Assembly (NCBI GenBank): GCA_045615605.1
Contig: JAZLFE010000065.1
Coordinates: 1-44,281 of the forward strand
Length of the DNA stretch: 44,281 nt
Source: Bacilli bacterium
GTDB lineage: Bacteria > Bacillota_I > Bacilli_A > RFN20 > CAG-826
Direction: 5' to 3'
Shown here: in pieces, positions 37,933 to 44,281 of the stretch
How the letters are laid out: each line of letters opens with the position of its first letter
How positions within the stretch are numbered: position 1 is the first letter of the stretch
Made by a program: the position numbers and the translations under genes
The notes under the pieces: generated by a model
Told to the model about the DNA's origin: nothing
The model's input: only the letters and a program-made list of their open reading frames with translations
Database searches by the model: none

Positions 37933-38916
37933 ATGCGTATATTAAGTGGTATTAAACCTACCGGGGAATTAACTTTAGGTAATTACCTTGGAGCATTAAA
38001 AAACTTCAAAGCATTTGAAGAAAAAGGTGAATGCTTTATTTTTATTGCTGACTTGCACGCATTAACTTTACCAATTGATCCTAAAGTATTAAAAGAAAAC
38101 TCAAAGAGTTTAGCAGCCTTTTATCTAGCGAGTGGTCTAGATCCTAAGAAGACTACTTTATTCTTACAAAGTGATGTAAGCGCACATAGTGAACTTAATG
38201 CGATATTACAAAATTATTTGTATATGGGTGAATTAAGTCGTATGACTCAATTCAAAGATAAAGCTAAGAAGATGAATGATAGCGCGATTGGTTTAGGATT
38301 ATTTGCTTATCCAGTATTAATGAGCGCGGATATTCTTCTTTATGATGCGGATGTAGTCCCAGTAGGAGAAGATCAAGTTCAACATATTGAACTTACTCGT
38401 GATTTAGTGAATAGATTTAATAAAAGATACGGCAAAGTTTTAGTAATGCCTAAAGCAAATGTTAGTAAAGTCACTCGTAGAATTATGTCTTTATCAGACC
38501 CTAGTAAGAAGATGTCTAAGTCTGATCCTAAAGGAGATATTTATCTAAAAGATACTCCTGATGTAATTCGTAAGAAAGTTATGAGTGCGGTTACTGATAG
38601 TGGCGCTGAAATAAAATACGATGAAGTTAATAAACCAGGTATTTCTAATTTATTAAATATATATGCTGGTATAAAAGGAATTAGCGTAGAAGAAAGTGAG
38701 AATCACTTTAAGAATTATCGATACGGTGATTTTAAAAAAGAAATTGCAGATACCATTATTAATGAATTAGAACCATTCATGAAACGTTATAACGAAATTA
38801 TGCAATCTAATTTAGTAAATGAAGTATTAAAAGAAGGCGCAAAGAAAGCTAGTAAAGTTGCCAATGTTACTCTTAACCGAGTGAAAAACGCGGTTGGATT
38901 ATTTAATGAAAAATAA
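37933..38916 (+). CDS. trpS: Tryptophanyl-tRNA synthetase
   Basis: 327 aa with the GxxPTG...LGNY (HIGH-region equivalent) and KMSKS motifs. Confidence 0.95.
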   Translation: MRILSGIKPTGELTLGNYLGALKNFKAFEEKGECFIFIADLHALTLPIDPKVLKENSKSLAAFYLASGLDPKKTTLFLQSDVSAHSELNAILQNYLYMGELSRMTQFKDKAKKMNDSAIGLGLFAYPVLMSADILLYDADVVPVGEDQVQHIELTRDLVNRFNKRYGKVLVMPKANVSKVTRRIMSLSDPSKKMSKSDPKGDIYLKDTPDVIRKKVMSAVTDSGAEIKYDEVNKPGISNLLNIYAGIKGISVEESENHFKNYRYGDFKKEIADTIINELEPFMKRYNEIMQSNLVNEVLKEGAKKASKVANVTLNRVKNAVGLFNEK

Positions 38917-39724
38917 TTATTTATTTGCAGTTGATTTAGATGGAACCTTATTAAATAAAAAGAAGAAGGTTCCATTTTTAAGTAAACGTTATTTAAATAA
39001 GATCAATAAACAAGGATACAAAGTTGTACTTTGTAGCGGTCGCCCGGCTAGAAACATTAAAAAGTTTTACGATGAATGTCGTTTAGATGGACCTATTATC
39101 GCTCTTAATGGACTTCATCTACATCATCCTAATAATCCTAATTTAGATACAAGAATATTCTTCTCCCCCAGGAAGATTAAAGAAATTGTTAAATTAGTGA
39201 GTAAGCATTTTAAAATTAAAAATATTATTAACGAAACCGATAAAGAGATTTATATCACTAACGATAAAGCACATCTAGAATATAACTTTTGGTTAATTAA
39301 TATGAAAGTAGAATACGGTACTTTAGATGACAATCTAAAACATCCTGTTATGACTTTCATAATGGAATTAGAAGACCCACATTTTGATCAAGAGAAATTA
39401 AAGCAATTATTTAAAAACACTGGATGCAATGTCCGCTGTTGGGTAGATAGTTATCAAGGATATATAGAAATATTTGAAGAACATTCTAATAAAGATCGAG
39501 CGATTAAAGAAATCGCTAAAGAAATGAATATAGATATTAATAATGTGTATGCATTCGGCGATGATTTAAATGATATAGAAATGCTTAAAAGTTTACCGAA
39601 TGCATACTGCATGAAAAACGCTCAAGAAAGCGTTAAAAAAATATCGCACTTATTTACTAAGCACGATAATGAACACCAAGGTGTTAAAAAAGAAATTAAG
39701 CGCATTATAAAGACTTTAAAATAG
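38906..39724 (+). CDS. Cof-type HAD-IIB phosphatase
   Basis: FAVDLDGTLL, CSGR and FGDDLNDIEM motifs. ATG 38906 overlaps the trpS end by 11 nt. The track start at 38894 is a TTG. Confidence 0.85.
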   Translation: MKNNYLFAVDLDGTLLNKKKKVPFLSKRYLNKINKQGYKVVLCSGRPARNIKKFYDECRLDGPIIALNGLHLHHPNNPNLDTRIFFSPRKIKEIVKLVSKHFKIKNIINETDKEIYITNDKAHLEYNFWLINMKVEYGTLDDNLKHPVMTFIMELEDPHFDQEKLKQLFKNTGCNVRCWVDSYQGYIEIFEEHSNKDRAIKEIAKEMNIDINNVYAFGDDLNDIEMLKSLPNAYCMKNAQESVKKISHLFTKHDNEHQGVKKEIKRIIKTLK

Positions 39725-40658
39725 TCTCTTCTTTTTCATTTAAGTTAGAAGTAAATGTTTTATTAGATAAATAGGATAATTTGCCTTTTATATTATGGAA
39801 TTCTAATTTATAAGCATGTAAGAATTGATTTTCGTAATGATATTTATTTCTAAATTCATGGTTTAGGTTAAAGTTACCGTATTTTGCGTCTCCAATTACC
39901 GGGTGATTAATGGATGCCATATGGACTCTTATTTGATGAGTACGACCAGTAATTAGATGAATATCTAATAAAGTATAGTCTTTATAATTCCTTTTTATTT
40001 TATATTCAGTAATTGCGGTTTTACCATTCGCATCAATTTTTACAAGATTAGAAGAAGCATCTTTTTTTAATGGAGCGTTCACTACTCCAGCTTCTTTAAC
40101 TTCCCCTACTACTAAGGCTAAATAATATTTATCTAGTTCATCTTTATTCTTAAATAACTCTTCCATTATTTGTAGTGAATCCATATTCTTCGCGAATACG
40201 ATTAATCCAGAAGTATTCCGATCTAATCTATGACATGGAGCAGGAGTAAAAGCATTTACAAACAAGGGAGAATATTCTCCTTTATTAATAAGATAAGAGA
40301 TAACTTGGTTCGCTAAAGTTCTTACTTTTTCATTTTTATCTTCGTGAACTAATATCCCTTTTTCTTTATTTAAAATAAGTAGGTTATCATCTTCATAAAT
40401 TATCTTAGAGGTAAAAGTAGTAGGAACATAAACTTTCTTATTTTTAAATTCCTCTAGTTGCTCATCTTTAATATAAATACGAAGTATATCATTAGACTTT
40501 AATAAGTAAGATTTATCCACCCAATGTGAATTAATCTTAACGTCTTTCTTACGAAATAATTTTTCAATAAATCCTAAAGGAGCCTCTTTTAAATATTTTT
40601 TAACATATTTAAAAACAGTTTGATTAGCTTCAATATCTTTAATAATTATTTCTTTCAT
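39705..40658 (-). CDS. RluA-family pseudouridine synthase with an N-terminal S4-like domain
   Basis: 317 aa with the catalytic HRLDRNTSGL and GRTHQIRVH motifs. ATGA overlap with the tyrS stop. Confidence 0.88.
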   Translation of the reverse strand: MKEIIIKDIEANQTVFKYVKKYLKEAPLGFIEKLFRKKDVKINSHWVDKSYLLKSNDILRIYIKDEQLEEFKNKKVYVPTTFTSKIIYEDDNLLILNKEKGILVHEDKNEKVRTLANQVISYLINKGEYSPLFVNAFTPAPCHRLDRNTSGLIVFAKNMDSLQIMEELFKNKDELDKYYLALVVGEVKEAGVVNAPLKKDASSNLVKIDANGKTAITEYKIKRNYKDYTLLDIHLITGRTHQIRVHMASINHPVIGDAKYGNFNLNHEFRNKYHYENQFLHAYKLEFHNIKGKLSYLSNKTFTSNLNEKEETILKSL

Positions 40659-41854
40659 TTATTAATAATCTTTAAGAAAGTTTTTTTACCTTTCTTAACT
40701 TTAATGCCTTCTTTTAAAGACGCGAGAGTAATAATTAAATTAACATCAGTAACTTTATTATCGTTAATCATTAAACCGTTTTGTTCAATTAATCTTCTTG
40801 CTTCACCTTTAGAAGAGACTAGACCGCTAAGCAATAAAATATCAAGAACACCAGTATCTTTATCAACGTGAATCTCTTTACTAGGGATATTCGAGGCATT
40901 ACCAGAGAATGCACTCTTAGCCATCTCACTAACTTTATTCGCTTCGTCTAATCCATGTACAACTTTAGTTAATTCAAAGGCTAAGATTTGCTTTAATTCA
41001 TTAATTCTTTCACTAGGATAAGATTCATATTCATGAATTTTATCAACTGGAATATAGGTTAGTAATTTAAAACATTTAATAACATCTTTATCATCAATAT
41101 TTCTCCAATATTGATAAAAATCATAAGGAGAAGTTTTCTTGCTAGAGAGCCAAACTGCACCTTTTTCAGTCTTACCCATTTTCTTACCTTCACTATTAAG
41201 TAATAAATTAATAGTCAATGCATGAGCATCTTTGCCAGTCTTCTTACGAATAAGTTCAGTGCCCGCAAGCATATTGCTCCATTGATCATCTCCGCCGAAT
41301 TCTAAATTACATCCATAGTGAGTAAATAAATGATAGAAGTCATAAGCCTGCATAATCATATAATTAAATTCTAAAAAGGATAAACCCTTTTCCATTCTTA
41401 ATTTATAACACTCTGCACGTAACATATTGTTAACCATAAAATATGGGCCAACTTCGCGAAGCACATCAACGTAATTAAGTTTAAGTAACCACTCACTATT
41501 ATCGACAACAATCGCCTTATTTAAATCAATGAAATGAGATATCTGCTCTTTAAAGCATCTTACGTTATTATCGATTTCTTCTTTAGTTAGCATCTTTCTC
41601 ATATCAGTGCGACCACTAGGATCACCAATATGACCAGTACCACCACCGAGTAAAACAATCGGTGTATTACCAGCATCTTGTAAGCGTTTCATAAGCGCTA
41701 AAGTCATAAAATGACCAACATGAAGAGAATCCGCAGTAGGATCAAAACCAATATAAAATTTAGCCTTACCGTTATTTACTAAATCACTAATTTCTTTTTC
41801 GTTAGTGACTTGAGCAATTAATCCACGAGCCTTTAACTCATCGTAGATTTTCAT
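40655..41854 (-). CDS. tyrS: Tyrosyl-tRNA synthetase
   Basis: 399 aa with HVGH and KMGKT motifs and a C-terminal S4 domain. It terminates with TGA. Confidence 0.95.
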   Translation of the reverse strand: MKIYDELKARGLIAQVTNEKEISDLVNNGKAKFYIGFDPTADSLHVGHFMTLALMKRLQDAGNTPIVLLGGGTGHIGDPSGRTDMRKMLTKEEIDNNVRCFKEQISHFIDLNKAIVVDNSEWLLKLNYVDVLREVGPYFMVNNMLRAECYKLRMEKGLSFLEFNYMIMQAYDFYHLFTHYGCNLEFGGDDQWSNMLAGTELIRKKTGKDAHALTINLLLNSEGKKMGKTEKGAVWLSSKKTSPYDFYQYWRNIDDKDVIKCFKLLTYIPVDKIHEYESYPSERINELKQILAFELTKVVHGLDEANKVSEMAKSAFSGNASNIPSKEIHVDKDTGVLDILLLSGLVSSKGEARRLIEQNGLMINDNKVTDVNLIITLASLKEGIKVKKGKKTFLKIINK

Positions 41855-42330
41855 TATTTAACTCCTGGATTATTATCGTTATTATTAGCAGGATTAATAA
41901 CTGGAGTATCGCTAAGAGCAGAAGTAGATTTAAGTTCTTCAACTGGTTTAGTATCAACTTCCTCTTCTTTTTCAATAGCCTTAGGTTTATCTTCAACAAT
42001 CTTACCGTCACTTACAACGATTTCGTCTTTCTTTTCAATATCGCTCATCATTGCACTTAAACGTTGTTTACGTCTAATCTCACGATCAGTAACACGATCA
42101 ATCTTTTTAGCGAATACACATAAAACAATAATCGCAAATATTACTGCAACACCGATAATAATAAAACCTAAATAACGCCAAGGGAAATTACCTTGAGCCT
42201 TATATAAATCAGAAGTGACTCCTAAATTATCAGCGATGATACCTAAAAGTAAGAAAACAAAACCAATAATTCCAACAACGATACTGGAACAATATAAAAC
42301 TAATTCTTTACGACTTAGTTTCTTAAACAT
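41854..42330 (-). CDS. Small membrane protein (2 TM) with a disordered acidic or Pro/Asn-rich tail
   Basis: 158 aa. TAATG overlaps at both ends couple it to the flanking genes. Confidence 0.6.
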   Translation of the reverse strand: MFKKLSRKELVLYCSSIVVGIIGFVFLLLGIIADNLGVTSDLYKAQGNFPWRYLGFIIIGVAVIFAIIVLCVFAKKIDRVTDREIRRKQRLSAMMSDIEKKDEIVVSDGKIVEDKPKAIEKEEEVDTKPVEELKSTSALSDTPVINPANNNDNNPGVK

Positions 42331-43211
42331 TAGTTCTTCTTCTCCTCAGGTTTTTTATTTGCGTTAACATCAACTTTCAATTCGTTGTTGTTCGCTTTAC
42401 TCTTTTGGAGTAATTCATTAATGGCAGGTTCATATAATTCCTTCCATTCTTTTTCGCTCTTTTCTAGATATTCACGAATAACTTTTCTTCCTTCTTCAAA
42501 GATATCTTTAAATTTCTTATCTTTAGGAAGAGCGCGACGACCACTAGTTTGTTCGATAGTCTTTAAGACTAAATCAGCAATATTCCAAGTATCTTCATCA
42601 GTCGCTTTTTGGTTATCTCTTAAGAATTTAATGTGATTAATAATCTTAGTTAATTCGCCTTGAATGAAGTTAGATTGAGGAGTGACTTCTCCTTTAGCTT
42701 CATTGCGCGCCTTGTTATATTCAACAAATAATCTTTCTAAGTCGCCGAATAAGCAAGTATAGCAAACTGCACGATACATCTTCTCATCAGCAACAATTAA
42801 TTTCATTAATGAATCTTCAAATAAATTATTTTGACGAGCAAATCCTAAATGCGCAGCGACGACATTATTTAAATCTTCACGTAATGGAAGAACAGTGTCA
42901 TAAATCGCCATATGTTGACCATTATCAACTCTTAATTCGTTATTAGCGACTTTACAAATAGTCGAATCGTCCGCATAAACAGAAGCGTATAAAGCATTGA
43001 CTTCGTCTTTAATCTTTTTACCAATCTTTTCGTTTTTATCTAAGAATTGTTTTAATGCAGTAGGTTGTTCAATTTCAACCATTAAGCCTTTCTTCTTATA
43101 ATCAAAGGCTTTTAAATCATAACTAGTGCGATTTAAAGCGTACTCTAAAGTATCACGTACAACTACGTTGTAGTGAAGTAAAGTTACGATTGATAATGAT
43201 AAGTTATTCAT
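42330..43211 (-). CDS. Hypothetical cytoplasmic, predominantly helical protein
   Basis: 293 aa with no recognisable motif. AGGAG RBS and a Lys/Glu-rich C-terminus. Confidence 0.6.
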   Translation of the reverse strand: MNNLSLSIVTLLHYNVVVRDTLEYALNRTSYDLKAFDYKKKGLMVEIEQPTALKQFLDKNEKIGKKIKDEVNALYASVYADDSTICKVANNELRVDNGQHMAIYDTVLPLREDLNNVVAAHLGFARQNNLFEDSLMKLIVADEKMYRAVCYTCLFGDLERLFVEYNKARNEAKGEVTPQSNFIQGELTKIINHIKFLRDNQKATDEDTWNIADLVLKTIEQTSGRRALPKDKKFKDIFEEGRKVIREYLEKSEKEWKELYEPAINELLQKSKANNNELKVDVNANKKPEEKKN

Positions 43212-43224
43212 ATTTTTTTCTCCT

Positions 43225-44058
43225 TTATAAATATTTTTCTAAATCACTTACTCGTCGTATGACGTGTTTAGCCTCTTTTTTAGTTTCCTTTGAGGCATTC
43301 GCCATACAAAAACTATTTTCAAAAGTTTGAAACATGGAAATATCATTTCCGCTGTCACCGACTACCATAACATTATGGTGGTTTATTTTAAGATAATCAA
43401 GATATACTTTTATTGCACTAGCTTTTGTATCAGTAATATTAGTCATCTCTATACTAGGTCCGTTATAGGCAAAAGCGAAATCTTTATAACGTTTCATCAT
43501 ATCTAACATACATTTATAACAATATTCTTTTTTCTTTTTACTCGGTCCAAAGAAAAACATAATTTTATAAATATGATCAGATTTTAAACAATGTTTAATT
43601 ACTTCATCGTTTTTAATCGCTTTTTCTTTATAGACACCTTGGTCTAATTGATATATCAAAAATCCTAAACGATTAATAAGGCCAAATTCTTGACGAGGCA
43701 CGACTAAATTATGCTCTTTGCTCATTAATAATAAGCCAGAAAATTTATATCTCTTTTTAGCGTCCTCTAATAAATTCATTAATCTTTTATTATTAATAAA
43801 ACTTTGCTTGATGAATTTATCGTTAACAAAGACAAATGAACCATTGCATCCTGATAAATCAACATTACGTTTTAGTCTATTTCTCACGAGTTTTAAATAA
43901 TCATAATTTCTACCGCTAACTAAAAGTACACGACCGCCTTCATCAATAAATTTACGTAAGAAAATTTTATTCGAAGAGCTAATCATACGAATTCGTTTCT
44001 TAGGATAGAATAAAGTTCCATCTAAATCAGTCGCAATTACTTTGTTTTTGGCGTTCAT
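43225..44058 (-). CDS. Cof-type HAD-IIB phosphatase
   Basis: IATDLDGTLF, VSGR and VGDSGNDISMF motifs. Confidence 0.85.
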   Translation of the reverse strand: MNAKNKVIATDLDGTLFYPKKRIRMISSSNKIFLRKFIDEGGRVLLVSGRNYDYLKLVRNRLKRNVDLSGCNGSFVFVNDKFIKQSFINNKRLMNLLEDAKKRYKFSGLLLMSKEHNLVVPRQEFGLINRLGFLIYQLDQGVYKEKAIKNDEVIKHCLKSDHIYKIMFFFGPSKKKKEYCYKCMLDMMKRYKDFAFAYNGPSIEMTNITDTKASAIKVYLDYLKINHHNVMVVGDSGNDISMFQTFENSFCMANASKETKKEAKHVIRRVSDLEKYL

Positions 44059-44097
44059 AAAATATAGATTATTTTAGTGCTCAATAATTATTAATAT

Positions 44098-44281
44098 TTA
44101 TTTAATTTTGTTTTCAGCTTCTAATAGACCGTATCCGCCGTCAACACGACGATAGACAACCGCAATCTTATCTTCATCAACATCTAAGTACATAAAGAAA
44201 TCATGATCAATTGCATCCATTCTTGCTATCGCTTCTTCTACTGTCATTGGCTCTAAATATATAGATTTAGTTCTAACTACT
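44098..44281 (-). CDS. hpf: Ribosome hibernation promoting factor, C-terminal dimerisation domain only; the 5' part is outside the window
   Basis: Own translation gives ...LEPMTVEEAIARMDAIDHDFFMYLDVDEDKIAVVYRRVDGGYGLLEAENKIK-stop, which matches the long-HPF C-terminal domain pattern. Confidence 0.8.
   Translation of the reverse strand, partial: VVRTKSIYLEPMTVEEAIARMDAIDHDFFMYLDVDEDKIAVVYRRVDGGYGLLEAENKIK

Noticed and set aside
40513-40521. A DnaA-box-like TTATCCACC.
   Set aside because: It is a single 8/9 match inside the pseudouridine synthase CDS. There is no cluster of boxes and no AT-rich unwinding element context.
40655-40657. The possibility that the organism uses genetic code 4 (TGA = Trp), as in Mycoplasma or Spiroplasma.
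   Set aside because: TGA is the tyrS stop, at a position giving a normal-length protein and an ATGA overlap with the next gene. All conserved proteins are full length under the standard code.
1-44281. A search for CRISPR arrays, IS elements or transposases, integrases, prophage genes, toxin-antitoxin pairs, rRNA, and riboswitches (T-box, cre or IolR-type operators upstream of iolE).
   Set aside because: No spaced direct repeats, no recombinase-like ORFs and no long structured leaders were seen. The intergenic regions are short. Only the features reported above stood out.

Overview
This is an AT-rich chromosomal segment from a low-GC Firmicutes/Mollicutes-lineage bacterium. It uses the standard genetic code: TGA terminates tyrS, and all long ORFs are intact without TGA read-through. 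That points to an Acholeplasma- or Erysipelotrichia-like organism rather than Mycoplasma, but the taxon cannot be fixed from this window. (1) 1-9.2 kb, minus strand: a myo-inositol catabolic cluster ordered iolE-iolG, hairpin, GPH-type transporter, iolC, iolD, iolB, Fe-alcohol dehydrogenase, iolJ. No iolA or regulator is visible in the window. (2) 9.3-14.7 kb: an accessory surface region. It holds two tandem, translationally coupled paralogous lipoproteins with Listeria-Bacteroides repeats, a small 4-TM protein, and a frameshifted single-pass membrane-protein gene. The -35/-10 spacer of that gene's promoter is a pure (CT)10 microsatellite. The region ends at two hairpin terminators and tRNA-Thr. 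(3) 14.8-44.3 kb: mostly housekeeping genes. These are a P-type Ca-ATPase, tdk, pncB, trmB, an M20 dipeptidase, coaX, leuS, rpmB, tRNA-Ser, a YitT-family protein, coaD, rsmD, def, RNase J, maf, spx, PTS fructose IIABC, trpS, two Cof-type HAD hydrolases, an RluA-family synthase, tyrS and an hpf fragment. Two modules interrupt this stretch. One is a single AAA+/DUF4143 ATPase gene bounded by 41-bp direct repeats that are themselves hairpins (18.1-19.4 kb). The other is a self-contained two-gene flavoprotein module, a RetSat/CrtI-like oxidoreductase plus an FNR-type reductase with a fused 2Fe-2S domain (26.4-29.2 kb). I found no CRISPR array, IS element, transposase, integrase, rRNA or T-box leader. 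The best candidates for something new are the microsatellite-spacer promoter with its frameshifted surface gene, the repeat-bounded ATPase cassette, and the CrtI-like/reductase pair. All functional interpretations rest on motif recognition by eye, not on database searches.
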